The position numbers and the translations under genes were made by a program. The notes beneath the pieces were generated by a model that was given only the letters and a program-made list of their open reading frames with translations, was not told where the DNA came from and made no database searches. Of a stretch of 64,000 bases of DNA, positions 37,043 to 50,778 are shown piece by piece (position 1 is the stretch's first letter; each line of letters begins with the position of its first letter). The stretch comes from Paraspadella gotoi (taxonomy: Eukaryota; Animalia; Chaetognatha): the NCBI GenBank assembly GCA_051294375.1, contig CM119267.1, positions 22,631,486 to 22,695,485 of the forward strand, given 5' to 3'.

Positions 37043-38649
37043 TTTCATTCATCGATCGATATGGGAGGGAGATTAAATCTTTTTCTCTCTTCGTCTCCCA
37101 CGAGGAAATTTTCTCACTTTTCTCATTCGTTTTTTATTGTTCCACTTTTTTTTTTCAAAGCTTCACGTGATTGTTCCACTTACTTTGTTTATACCTGAAG
37201 CGTCGTGCCTCCTTTTTTATTTCATTGTCTTTGAGATTTATTTACGACTTTCCCCACGATTGCCTTCGCCGTTGTCTTTTACAGTTTCCGTTGCTGTTGG
37301 ATTGTTTGTTGGCGTGAGTGTCTCTTCTGTCTTTATGTGCTTGCCGACTATTCTTAATCCTGGCGTCAGAAACTCTACATTTTCTTTTAATTATATCGTT
37401 TTAATTTACAAGATAACTAATCCGTTATAAACCTTAAGGTTTGTAATGAACTGGGAAAATTCACACTGTGACTACTTTTTTCTGATCCGCTCAACTTTAG
37501 AATCACAAGTTCTAACCGCCTTAAATATCATTCTAAAATTTTTCTTTTTTTTTCCTGGGTATTATTTCAAAATCTAAATATATAACCTCAAAACTTATAT
37601 CTTATTGTTATATATTTACATTTATTTAAATGAATCTCTGCTCCTCTTAACTTCTTTAAATCCTGCTCCATTTCTCGCAATCGCTCCCGTCCCAAGATTG
37701 ATTATTAATCGATCCGAGAGCTTCTTCCTCGTCTACTCAGTTTCCTCGCTCTAGATTCTTTTCGTTCCTCCCACCGTTTCGCCTTCCTTCCTCCCCCTCT
37801 CCCTCTCTCTCTTCCTCCCCTTCTCCCTCTCTCCTACTTTATAATTCCCATATGACGCGTGGGCGACTGAGGGAAATGACGCGAGGAGCCAGACCATAAC
37901 GACGTTGTCGTTGTCGTCGTTATAATTGTCGTCGTTGTTGTCGTATGAAAAAAAAAGTGCTTCAATTCGATTTTTTTCCAAGGCTCGAACTCGAGAACTT
38001 CCGGCAGAGAGAAAAGGTTTCAAACGCGTTACGCAATACAAAGAAAAATGCTGATGGTTATTTGTCGTTGAATTTATAATATTCTTCGTCCTGACTTCCT
38101 GTTGGCGACAATTGCCTTCATTTCCATGAAATCTTTCTCAGAAAGTATTGTGTTGCTGTCTGGCCGTCTGCTGCTTTCTCCTCCCGTCCATCACCAAATA
38201 CATAATATTTGTCGACCCATTTTTCGGGTCAGCGAGCAAATCCGGATGATTACTTGATAATAATACTAAAGCTAGAAGAATTTGCCATGCTCCCCTTAAG
38301 TAAGAATGGAAATTCTGATGGTAAAACTTCTTCCAAAAGGGAAACAGTTGGTTTAGTTTGTTAAATTTTCAATAGATGTCAGAAGCGTTCAGCTTATTTC
38401 GAGAAACAAAGGAGCATCTTGATAATTGTCGCAAGTGTTCGGCGCGCGACATTGAACTTCAATTTTCACTTTGAAGAGCTTTCGCTCAGATTGATACAGC
38501 GAAGTTGCTAATGACTCCGATGACTTTAAAACAGTACGATACTGACAAAACGAATTCAAAGCTAAAAAAAAACCAAAAAACTGTATTTGACTAAAAGTAA
38601 CACAAATCAAGTCCTAAAAGCAAAACAAAAAAACTGCCTACGACGAATT

Positions 38650-41600
38650 TTACTTTTTTCTCTTCATCGAATCAACTCGTTTGACGCTTGGCTGCTGAAA
38701 GCTTCTTTGCCGAGGGATGCCCTTTTGCTGGTCTCCGTTCTTTGGTTGTAAGAAACTATTTTGAAGTTCAACGTTTTTCACTTGAGACTGTTGATCGACG
38801 TTTCGCTGCTGAATTCCCGTTTGCTTTTCGACGTTAATTGACTGTTGATTCCTTTTCTTTTCTTCCTCCATCGTTTCCTCCGTCTCCGCTGCAGAAATGT
38901 CGTCGCTGCTGGCGGCGGCGATTTTCACTGATTTCAGGTCGTCGAAGTTAATTATCAGAACCGTGATGTTGTCGATGGCGCCTTTAGAAATAAAAATTAA
39001 TTGCTTAGTTTACTTTCTTCTAATCCCGCTCCCCTTAAATCTCAATCGACATCCTGACCTTGCTTGTAAACGTGGCGAACCAAGCTCCTCGCCCCGAATT
39101 GAGGCTCGTCTAGTCGCTGCTTGATAAAGTCGACTGCGTCTTGGTTGGAGATGCAGTCCCAAAGCCCGTCGGTCGCCATGATCATGAATCTGGTTGGTAG
39201 ACGATTATTAACTCGTTTTAAAATTGTTATCCATTTCAAAGTATTTGGTGACAAAGCATAACTTTCATGCATAAGGTTTAATTTTATATCATTAACTCTC
39301 TTTACTTTGGATTGAGTTCCCCCAATGCGAAGCTCCTGACGTCGGGATCAGCGACGATGAGATTCTTTTGTTTGAGATTTAAATCTCCGAGCGCCCGCGA
39401 GGTGGCGAGGACGCCGCCCACTCGCCAGACTCCGTGAAAAGATATAAAACCGCCGGCGGCTTTGATTCGCTTTCGTTCGGACAACTGTGGATCAAATTGG
39501 GACGATGTTAAGATTTAATGTCCATTCAACTCCTCGCACCCGCTTTGTGGACCTGCTGCGGTTTGTGATCGACTGTGAGGGCGATGGCTTCGCCGCTTCC
39601 GTCACAGACGACGCTTCTCGAGTCGCCGACGTTCGCGACGTGGAGCGTCTCGCCTCGAATCAGCGAGACCAAACAGGTGGTGCCGCCTGTAGGGCCGGCG
39701 GTGATCTTGGCGATAGAGAGAAGTTGTTCGTCCAGGCTGAAGATTGGGGAATAGGGAGAGAGGAGGGTACCACTCCATAACGAGGCTCTGGTTTTCAACG
39801 ACTTTATCGTCCCGATCTAATCGTCACCTCAGGATGGAGTCCCTCAAGATGAGGCCGAAGTCAGCGTCGGCGCCGCTGAGGGCCGATTTGAGAATCCGCA
39901 CCATGATGGACTTGAATAGAGTTTTCTCCACGAAGTCGGCGGCGAACTGTTGGTATGATTTGGGATAAAAAGTCTACTTTAAAGAAAATCAAGGTCGCAT
40001 ATCGATTCTATATTATTGTTTTAGTTTTTTACGTTGTACATAAACGTATATTGATTAAGTTCTAAATTTATTTACGTATTAAATTCAGCTCTATCTATAG
40101 TATAAATATTTTTTTGATAATAAAATAATCCCAATGTTATTTTACGTACTAATGTTTCTTCGAATAATAAAAGTATTATCCCTTTGCCTCGGCTGTACTG
40201 CACTGAAAATATAGATGGTCTTTTGTTTATAAAGTGAGCCTCACTTCCAAGGCTCATTTACATAGAATCAGTTTTGTGTTTTGACTGGAGTAGAAACGTT
40301 AAAATTTTAATTAATAAATAATACTTTTAATTGTAAATAATCCTAATTATTATAATTACCCTTATTATACACTTTAGTATTATAGAATTTATTAGTTTCT
40401 GGAATAAAATTTTCTCTATTTCACCTTGAAATACTTCAATTCGTTTAAATAATCATAGGAGGTCCTCACGCTACCAAATTGGAAAAAAGTATGAGGAGAA
40501 AATTTTTGCGCCCCTTCGGCATACTTACCTGGCTCAGGGGATACCTTGATCAGCAAGGAGGTTCCCCCAGGGCGAGGCCCTTCCATTGCACTACGGTTGG
40601 GCTGACCCTTGCGATTTCCCCAAATGTGGGAAACTCGGGAGCATAATTTGTGATAGTGGGGTCTGCGTTCGCGCTAACCCCTTATAATTGGCAGTTCTCT
40701 CTAAATATAGTTTGCTTTCATATGCACTTGGGTTAAACATTTTGATTTTTACCTCTCCACCGTGCCCGTCGAAAATCCCACACAGCGTCGTGCCCGTGTG
40801 TTCGTTCTCCAACAAAATAGAAAATCGATCCTCCATCTTGGGACGACGTCCCTGAGGAAATGGGAGATGGTGGTGAGAGAGAAAGGAAAATATCAGGGAC
40901 TAAAAATAGAAGAGATGAAGAAAGGAGAAATAGAAATTGGACGAAACTCGAACCAAAAAAGGAAGACACAAATTAGCAAATATGTGAGATGAGATCAGTG
41001 ACGATGAGAGCGGAAGTGAAGTGAAGACGAAGACAGAAGTCTTCGAAGTACTGTGCTATTTAATCATGAATAAATTATTATTTCTACTAAGTATGCAAAG
41101 ACCGAATAAATTCTCAGCTATCATTTAAGTCATTAACAGTGAAAAGATCCCGGACCGACCTGCAATGCGTAGACGGCGACGCTTCCTTTTCTCATGCTCC
41201 ACGATCTACCGTCGTCTTCTACATCAGCGACTAATAAAAAAATAAATAAATAAATAAATTATCACAGATTCTACGAAGAAATTAGCAAAAATTTTTTGTT
41301 AACTCGCGGGCGACAATTTAAGCTTTTGTCGTGAAATTTTGAAATAAATTAATTTCCCCCTTTGTTTATGACTGCGAAATATACATGAAAAATAAAAAGC
41401 TTGCTGTACTTGCTGTGCCTGTTTCCCGGTCATTTTAAAAATTGATTTCTGTTTAAATTTATTGTAACCAAAAAATCTACAGGGTGATTAACAAGAAGAA
41501 TAAGATCGGCGCACCCGTGTTTGATTTAGAGGCAACTTCATCATCCACGTTACTCTTCTTTCCGCCGACGAAAATGTTGAAGACGGCACCGACGAAGCGT

Positions 41601-41950
41601 TTGAGCCTCAAGTAGATCGTCCACCAGGGCTCCACTTGGAACACGCAGCTGGGGAGTTTCATTGGGGGGAGGGGGTGGAGAAAAAGTTTATTTCTAGGCA
41701 CCTGGTAATGCGAGACAGCCTAATCGAAATAAAGATCGGAAGTTTTAACTTGATCCATAAGAACGTATAAGCCTAGCAGTTTGCTCGGATGTTATTTTTT
41801 TGTACGCGTTACTTTAGTTATTTTGACTTTACTTTAAGCTTTCGATCTCACGGGATGAAAATAAATAAAGGTTAAAAGAGACAGCAGCAGCTGCAGAACG
41901 CAGTAGCATTTGCAGACGAATAGATCAATAGATAGAATCGTCGTTGTCAT
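38650..41950 (-). CDS. PPM1L: Protein phosphatase 1L-like (PP2C/PPM family), ~9-10 exons; start uncertain
   Basis: Spliced motifs SWSMRKGSVAVYALQ|GRRPKMEDRF, GIFDGHGG, GGTTC, VANVGDSR, DHKP, WRVGGVLATSRALGD, MATDGLWD, DNITV. The VAVYxxQGRR..MEDRF context and hydrophobic N-terminus resemble PPM1L. Confidence 0.9.
40521..40682 (+). ncRNA. U1: U1 spliceosomal snRNA
   Basis: 5' ATACTTACCTGG, U1A loop ATTGCAC, SL3 tttccccaaatgtgggaaa, Sm site AATTTGTG, SL4 with TTCG loop; ~162 nt. Confidence 0.97.
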
Positions 41951-43562
41951 TGTCGCAACAAAAAAAATAAAATAAAAATAAAAAGTTGCCCGAGGGTCTT
42001 GTGCGCGGAATCCTTCCATCGATCCGTCTAAAAATAGAAAAACAAACAAACGAACATCTTTTTTTGAAAGCGACATACTCCGATTGTCCGCGAGACATCG
42101 TCTTCGTTTTGAGAGTGATTTTTAAAAAAAATTTCGTGAGTCGATTCGAATCCAGAAATGATTGTGAGGTCGTTGACCAACCAGTTGGTAAAAGAAAAAG
42201 GAAAGGCTCTTCCTTGGCGATGAGAGTCAGTAAAAGTCTGGCTGCATCTCTATTGATTGATCTCTATTTGATCTCTATTTGGGTCAATCGGTCAGTTCGT
42301 CCCTCCATCCGTCCGTATCTTTCTTACCTACCGTTTGACATACCCAATTTTTATTTTATTTTAACCAGGCTAATTGAATTTCTTGTTAAATTTTTAAATA
42401 TCTCAACAAAAAGTTTTGCAGCATCAAATTGGAACTCTTTGTTTTGTCCGAGCATGACTTTCATTTAAACTAAAAAAAATAAAGATCCTGTGAAACATAA
42501 AAAAATCAGTGACTTTCAAAACAAAACAAAACAAAAAATCTTCAAGTTTCGATCGAGAAAGATTGGGTAGTTGAATTCTGAATAACGTACGCGCGTTTAC
42601 TTCCTATTACTTTCAATAACATTCTTTAACAAAAAAAAATATATTCTCTCTCTTTTCTTTTTTAAAACGATGTTTAGGCTAAATTTCGACGTTAATTCAC
42701 CCATTTTCATCTCAGCGGGGGGCATCCCCTTTGCTCAGACAAAAGGCATTTTTGCAGATTGATCATTGATCCTGACATTTGCGATACCCCACTTCACGGA
42801 GTTAGTCTATTAACCTACCTTTTTTTTTATTTTTTTGTATTTTGTATTCAGCTCATCCATCAATTATTCGATTATTACTGAAGCTCTGTCAACCACTTTT
42901 TCGACAATTTTTGCTCAAGACTCAGTCACACAAACAGCTCACCCGTTCGTTGTTAACAGTTCTAACAGCTCTCATCAAGGCCGTTGTTTTCATTCAACAG
43001 CTATGAAACAACTAAAATCAAAGTAGAACAATCATCCGATAAAAAACAACAACGAGGTCGACAACAACCGATGAATCTGTGAAAAGTTGATTATCACCTG
43101 AACAAAAACAGAGATGTGAATCCTAGAATCCAGAGCTCCGGACAGAGCGCTATCTTCCGGCCCAAAAAACCCAGAAAGTCTAAAGCTTTAGACATTTTCT
43201 ATTTTTTCTTCGCTGTTTTGTTCTTTGTTTTCTATATCCGTTTTTTTTTTATAGAAACCTCGCGTTTGGCCAGAATTCGATTGTTTTTGTTTACGTTTCT
43301 TTTTATTTTTTTGTAGAAAAAATAAAGGCCGTTGTTGACCTGCGAAATTAAATCCTAAGAAATTCTCGAGATCGGAGATGCTCTTTTGGCTTTTTTTTTT
43401 TTAAGTTAAAAAAACGTGTAAGTCGAGTTGTGTACTTTCTTCTCCAAAACTAATTTTCGAAGGAAATTTTTTTGTTTATTATCAGAAAAATTATATTTTT
43501 CGTTTTCGCTTTTTAAAAATTGTGCACGAATCGATTTCGATAGAAGCCGGGGCGAGGAGAAG

Positions 43563-43645
<83 letters not shown>

Positions 43646-43746
43646 GAAAATATGAATTGTAGGAGGATTACCAACAGTTGCACATGGGATTAAACAAGAA
43701 AAAAACTTTAGGCAGACGAGTGATCGACTCTCGCTCATCCGCCCAT

Positions 43747-43819
<73 letters not shown>

Positions 43820-44772
43820 CCCATAAAAAATGAACTTTTGAGGTGGAGGGGGTGCGAATCTTTTGAGTAAAAAAAAATCGTACCAAGTCTAGTTTTAAAA
43901 GACAGTGAGAAATCGAGTTAGTTCGAGAGAGAGAGATAGAGACAGACGAAGGGATAGTCAAGAGATAGAGAGAGAGAGGCACGTTAATAATTTATGGATA
44001 AAGAATGAGTGAAGAGAGGGTCCAAGACGAATCGGACTTGAGCGGTTTTTGATCAGTGGAGAAATCAAGATCTCGGACGATTCGTCGGGATCTCATCACC
44101 GCAGTGGCTGAGAGAGTGAAATACGATAGAGCTGTGGACGATGACGACGACGACTGTCAACAACGACGAAGAGGATGACATCGACGACTGACGACGACAT
44201 GGTCCTGACAAATGACTCAGTGATAAGTATGAAAGACAAAAAAAAACGAAGCTAAAAAAAAAAACCAATACGGGTTTCACTTCAAAACGGAAATGACGCT
44301 AATATAAAAAACGAACACGAAATCGAGGCTGCAATCATAATTGTATTTAGATATCGAGACAATCGAACGAAAGTAAATCAGAGAGAATCGAAGAATTGGA
44401 AATGCTTTTTTTCGTCACAAAGATGTTCCTGAAGACGACGATGACTATTAAGATCGGCGAAGTAGTATCGGTGTTGGTTTTTAGAATTCCGGCCTTACTT
44501 TCCAAGAACGCCCCTTTTCATCTTAAATTCGGAATTAGATAAATTTTTTAGTTAAAAAATAAATATATGGTTAGGGTTAAAGATTAAGTTAAAGATTAGG
44601 CTAGTGATTATGGTTAGGGATTAGATTAGTGATTAGGGTTAAGGGTTAGGGTTAGAAATTAAGGATAAAAAATTAGGGTTAAGGTTCAGGATTGGGTTAT
44701 GGATCAGGGTTAAGGATTAGGTTTTAAGTATAAAAATATGTTTTTAAAGTGAAATATTAAAGTTAAAGGCAT

Positions 44773-44976
44773 AATTTTACTTTCGCCGACCGGGGTTAGG
44801 GGGGGTTTAGGGTTAAGTGTAATTTAAGGGTAGTTTAGGGTTAGGGGTAGTTAGGGTTAAAAGGTTTGAGGGTTAGGGTAATTAGGTAATAATTTTTGTA
44901 AAATTTTTGTTTAAAAATGAATATTTTTAAGTAGTTTTTAAAAGACGCCAAAACCCTGGTCGGCGAAAGTAAAATT
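44773..44976. mobile_element. MITE with 24-bp TIRs nested in a larger GGGTTA-rich repeat (~44490-45040)
   Basis: aattttactttcgccgaccggggt / accctggtcggcgaaagtaaaatt (1 mismatch). Confidence 0.75.
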
Positions 44977-45413
44977 TTACCAAGTTAAAATGATATTACG
45001 GAAAAAGGAACCGACATGAGGCGCTCTAGGAAAAGAGTACTCAAGATCGATTAGGACATTGAGAGAAATTTCGAGAATTAACATTGTGAACTCTCCAGAG
45101 AAAAAAAACTGAGGAAGAATTTGACGTTAATTATAGCTTAATAATCAATTAGAAATACAATTGATGGACGAACTTTGAACTTAAAAGGCAAAAAGCATCG
45201 GAGATTTATTTCATAACGAGTTCACAACTGTTCACATCCGTTTTATAAATGATTAAATAGGTGTTGATTCAGAAAAGATCGATTTGGAAGAAGATGGAGG
45301 AGAAAGAAGGCGACGACGACGACGACGACGACGACGGAAACCAAGATGTTTAATACGAATAAGTAGGTCAACGGACGGGACGACGACGACCACGAAGAAT
45401 AGGAACTGAGGAC

Positions 45414-45444
<31 letters not shown>

Positions 45445-45542
45445 ATTTAAGATGATTTTGATGTTTAACAAGAACTGGACGAAGGTAGGAAGGTTCACGA
45501 TTATATTACGTGAATTTTTGTGTCCCGCTTCGTACTGGTGGT

Positions 45543-45623
<81 letters not shown>

Positions 45624-46277
45624 GTGACCGATATGAAGGAGGTATTTGGAGAAAGGCCGTATCAGTCTCTAAAGTTTAAAGCATCGAAATCTTTTTGAAC
45701 CGAAAGAGATGGAACGAATGAAGATGAGAAGGGGGGGGTTGTGGGGGTGGGCCGGGTAAAGGATGGTTTGATCTAGGACGGTTAAATCATAATTCACGGA
45801 TATGATTAAGATGGAAGGGAAACTTTGGTCGGACATCGATAGATGAAATCATTCCGGACCTCGGATTACAGTTTTTAACTGACGGACTCTTTATCGACAA
45901 TTATTTATTGATTGAAAAAAATAATTATAAAATAAATGGATATTTTTTATCATAACTATACCATTTTCATAGTAACAAGATCCACGTGAAACGTTCTTTA
46001 GTCGCTTATGTTGAGATTTTAAACTAATTTTAAACTAATTCTTTGTACCTGATGTTTGATAACCAACTAATTTCACCTGATTTTTCTAGTTTTCTCGCGA
46101 AGCCAATATCAAAGTCATGTTCAAAATTTGAATTTTGAAATCAATACAAAGAGCCCAAAACATTACTCAGTTTTATTCAGCCAAATGAAACGGCAGTGTT
46201 CAACTATTCCACAAACGAAGAGAAAAAAAAATCTTTAAAAATCTACACCGACAACAAATAGACAAAAGAGTTCTGTT

Positions 46278-49200
46278 TCATTCAACCTTGACCCTCTCCA
46301 CCAACTCGCCCGCGTCGATCTCCACGATCATCTTCGGATGCAGCAAGTTGGTGTCCACGAGTCCGCCGATGAGGAAGAGACGCTTCGACGCGGGCACGCC
46401 CACCGTCTGGTGCTCGCTCAACCCCCTCGCCTCGCCCTCTCCCCCTTCCTCCTCTCCCATCTTCCTCGCGGGCGAGACGCTCCGAAATCTCTCCCTCTCC
46501 TCCTCCTCTTCCTCTCCCGCCTCCTCCTCTTCCTCGTCCAGCGCGGGCAGGTCGCGAAGGCGGCGCCACTTGAGGTCGTCGACGGAGAAGTGGAAGCACT
46601 CCTTGCGGGCGGAGCGGCCGTCGTAGCCGCCGCAGAGGACGAGGGATGTGGAGGATGTGGAGGATGGGGCGTTGAGAGACTCCGCTTCCTCGAGGGGTTC
46701 TTCCTTTGAGAAAGGCGGGTCGTCTTTATCAGGTTCGAGGGTCTGAGTTGGAAAGGGTCGTTGATTAGACGTGATTGGTTTGGTCGGTTTCGCTGATTGG
46801 CTGTTTTGGTTTGGTTGGTAGATTGCTGAGTGGGTGGTTAGCGTGTTTTGATTGATTGGTGGACGTGAGCGATTCATAAGAAAAGTTTGTTGGATTTTAT
46901 TGTAAAATTAAGTTTCTTTTGACTACTTTGTTTGACCGCTTGATGAATTTGGTTGGTTAGGGATCGATTGATTTACTGGTTCAATTAATGAAGAACTTCA
47001 TAACTCATATCAATCACTCCACAAAACACTCCATCAACCAATCAACCCCACCTCTTCCCCCCACAACGCCGTCAACGACGTGTAGGTGAGTCTCGGCGGG
47101 ACGGCGCCGCCCACGTCGAACCGGCGCCACTGGAGAGAGACGAGGCAAAGGCAGTGGAGGTCGGTCAGTCGGCGTCTTTTGGCGTCGTAGCCGCCGAAGA
47201 GGAAGACACGCCCATCTGGCGTCGTCGCGTGGGAGGCGTGAGATCGTGGGGAAGGACGGAAACTGTCGTTAGGGGGGGGGGAAAGAGGGGGAGTTCAAAG
47301 GGACACTGGACCTGGAAATGGGACATTTTTTGTAAACATGCAGCGAGATATTCATTATTCAACCGAGCCTTCTCCAGTAGTGGACAAGCTATTGAATATA
47401 AATCAATAGCGAGAAAGCTCAGGGAACTCAGAGACATTCAGAGGTGTAGACAATTCCCAAAGGAAGAGAAGTTTGATTTTTTTTTTCGAGGTTTTTCGAC
47501 TTTGCTTTATACTCACGACCCAGTGGTAGTGACGCTTTCAAATTTCATTCAAAACTGATAACCCTTCAATATTTACCAAGCACAGACTCACTCTCACTCA
47601 AAACTCACCCCGAAGTGGCCACTCTTTTCAAACTTACCCAGCACTGACCTACTCTCTCTTCAAAACTTACCCCGAAGTGGCCACTCTCTTCAAACTTACC
47701 CAGCACTGACCTCTTACTTTCAAAACTTACCCCGCGCTGGCCACTCTCTTCAAACTTACCCAGCACAAAACTCACCCCGTAGTGGCCACGCTCTCCCAGA
47801 TTCTCGTATCGACGTTGAAGGCGATGAGTTGATTGTTGACGCCGTTCTTGAAGGCGCCGTCGGTGGCGATGTATTCGTCACGTGACGTCAAAGGGTCGCC
47901 GCATCCGCCGAACGCGAAGAGACGCCGACCCCACGCCCACCCGCAGTGGCGCCATCTCGGGCTTGGGACTTTGGATAGGGCGGGGACGAGGCGCCATCTG
48001 TTTGTGTGTAGTATGTATGACAATTTATAAAGACTAAACCTACGGAAAGTTGATTATTAATATTATTATTTATTATTCTTTGTAACATTTAATTTGCTGC
48101 GTTTAGCCATTCCGTCCCTCTGACCAAAAGATCGAAAAATCACTCACTTGATCGTCTGCAGATCGAGTCGATTTACGACATTGGAGGGAACGCCCTCCAC
48201 GCATCCGCCAAAGACGAAGAGGGCGTCGTCGATCACCGCGGACGAGCATTTCGAGGTCGGCGGCGGAACCTCGCCCGTAGTCACCTGTTCAGTTTCTGAT
48301 TATTATGCTTTAACATGGATATGAAATGGTCTTGATTATACAAATTTCAGTTTCTGATTATTATGCTTTAACATGGATATGAAATGGTCTTGATTATACA
48401 AATTTAATAACGGTTAAAGAAACGAAAAATCGAAAACCTTTGTGCAAACGCATGCACCCTGGCGGAAACAGGGAGCAATCAAATAACAGACAGCTTGCCT
48501 TTCTTTCACCTCCGCCAAGCATTGAATCCAATGGGTCACTAAACCTTTCACCTACCCCCGTACACCTACCCATCTCATTCACACCCTCACGCCTTCCAAC
48601 CTCACTTCTCTCCGTCACTCACCTCCCGGTCGAACTCCCTCGACTCCGGATCCAATCGCCAGACGACGTTGGGCGGAAGATCAAACCATTTTCCTTTTCG
48701 CATTTGACGCCCGCCCCAAATCCAGATGACGCCCTCGTAGAGAAACGCCACGTGGGCCGCGCCCACCGGCCACGTCTAGGATCGTGAATGGGATTTTAGT
48801 GGTATTTTCAAGACGGACTGTTTAGTTAATTAATCTGGTTAATGAAAATACTTAACTTACCGGATTATGAAAGGAATGACAGAATTGAATTTAAATTATT
48901 GAATGATTGAATGAATGAATGACAAAATGAGTAAATAACAGACTGATTAATAACAATCTAATGAATAAATGAAAAAAGTGACAGAATGAATGAACATTCA
49001 ATAATTATTAAATAAATCTTGAAATCTCTGAAAAAAAACCAACCTTAGCTGGCGGAACTTGTAAAGGCTGAAGCGGCGGACAGCGGATGAGTATCATGGG
49101 CAAATCCATAAATTCTGGGTAAATTTTTTATAAATTGATTAATAAATTATACATAAAAAAAAAACCCATCATTCATTGAACAACGAACCTTTTTCGTCTT

Positions 49201-49307
49201 CTTCCTCTTCTTTGTCATGAGAGTTCGTTCTGTTCGTCAGACTTGAAACTGATTGTCGTTGCGCTTCTTTGAGGCGCTTTCGATCTTTGGTGCAGGGACG
49301 ACGAACT

Positions 49308-49385
<78 letters not shown>

Positions 49386-50398
49386 TTTTTATTCCTTGGG
49401 AAATCAAAGACTTCAACAGCGCCACCTCTGGGCGAAGAAAGCGGCGTTCTCACGGCGGCGTCGTGGTTCGTTTCGGCGTCGTTGGTGTCAATTCCGGCGA
49501 CGCGCGTTTTCTCGTTTTCGTCTTTGGTTTCGTCGATCGATTCGGATTTGACGAGAAATTCTCCGCTGATGTCTCCCTCGCCGTTACTGTGGCACTCGCT
49601 ATTGCTGTGGCACTCGCTATTGCTGTGGCCGTCGCCATTGCTGTGGCCCTCGCTATTGCTGTGGCCCTCGCTATTGCTGTGGCCGTCGCCATTGCTGTGG
49701 TCGTGGTCTTTGCCGTCTCCATAGCTATGAGCGTCGCCATTGCTGTGGCCAGAGCTGTGGTCTTGGCCGTCACCATTGCTGCTGTCGTGGTCGTGGACGC
49801 AATCGGACTGCGGATCTTTGTCGGCGTCGACTTCACCAGCAGGAGATATTTTCTGCTTCAAGTAATCCAGAATGAACGGTCGACGCGCCGCTGAAAGATA
49901 TCAATAATTCATCAAATGCATTAAACCATCACTTTTCTTAATATTTATTTCATCTTGACTATATCTTTTCTTATCTTTTATAATAGTAGTACATTACTTA
50001 GTAACTTACCTCTAGCGGGAGTTTCTTTTGTCGCAACATCTTCAGCCGTCGTCGTCGTCGGTTGAGGCGCTTCTTCGGGAGACGCTCCATTGACCGCCTC
50101 CTCCGGATCCTTCTTTACGCCAGGGGACAATCCATCGTCCACGGACGCCACCGACTGCGCTAATTCGTCGTCCGGGGCTGTCCTCGCCCCAGTCGTTGCT
50201 GGTTTCGTTTTGTCTTCGAAGCTTTCTCCTCTCCCTCCTCCTCCACCTCCGAGCTCGTTCAAAGGCGCCTCCACCGATTCCAGTCTCGTTTTCTCCTTCA
50301 ACTCAGCAGCGGCCGGCAGCTTTCGTGGCGACGGAACCCCGTCGCAACGGCGCCGCTCGAGGCTGCCCTTCCGCTCGGCGCCGTCGGAGTAGAAGGCC
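46278..50398 (-). CDS. Low-complexity/His-rich linker exons plus a six-bladed Kelch propeller (KLHDC1/2-like); probably the 3' half of the kinase-KEN gene
   Basis: Kelch blades HVAFLYEGVIWIWGG, SSAVIDDALFVFGG, PSPRWRHCGWAWGRRLFAFGG, PSPRSHASHATTPDGRVFLFGG, SLVLCGG, HQTVGVPASKRLFLIGG; stop at 46278; splice phases compatible except the last junction (ambiguous). Confidence 0.85.
47600..47790. repeat. Intronic ~60-bp tandem repeat x3 derived from an exon end and 5' splice site
   Basis: aaaactYaccccgaagtggccactctcttcaaacttacccagcac repeats and matches the true junction aaaactcaccccgtagtggccac (~47767-47789). Confidence 0.8.
48289..48404. repeat. Perfect 58-bp tandem duplication in an intron
   Basis: tcagtttctgattattatgctttaacatggatatgaaatggtcttgattatacaaatt x2. 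Confidence 0.85.
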
Positions 50399-50778
50399 TG
50401 GTAAAAAAAACACGCGAAGACAGTTGATAATTTTACTCAAAATTAAAGAGTCAACTGTCTAATTTTTTTGGCTTTTCATTCGTTCGATCAAATATAACGG
50501 CCCGTTAGCTGTTTTTTTTTCGATATCTTCCGTCTTATATTTTCTCTCTCTCTCTCTCGTTCGCTCGCTCGCTCGCTCTTTCGCACTTGCTCTCACTCTC
50601 AGGCATTTTCTCTCTTTCTCTTTCTCTCACGCCGCTAACATTTATTTTCTCCCTTTCTTTAATTATTATTGCTTTAATTTCTTCTATTTTATTTTAAATA
50701 ATCTTAAAAAACTATTAACATTCAAAAATCTAAAAAAAAAAAGTGAATAAAATATAATCTATTCTCACTCGATCTTAC

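Noticed and set aside
23260-37430. Many ORF-track proteins rich in ER/SL/RG/PS
   Set aside because: Translations of microsatellites and purine tracts or ORFs through N gaps. GC-rich patches near 29880-30760 and 32600-33050 could be exons, but no protein was recognisable.
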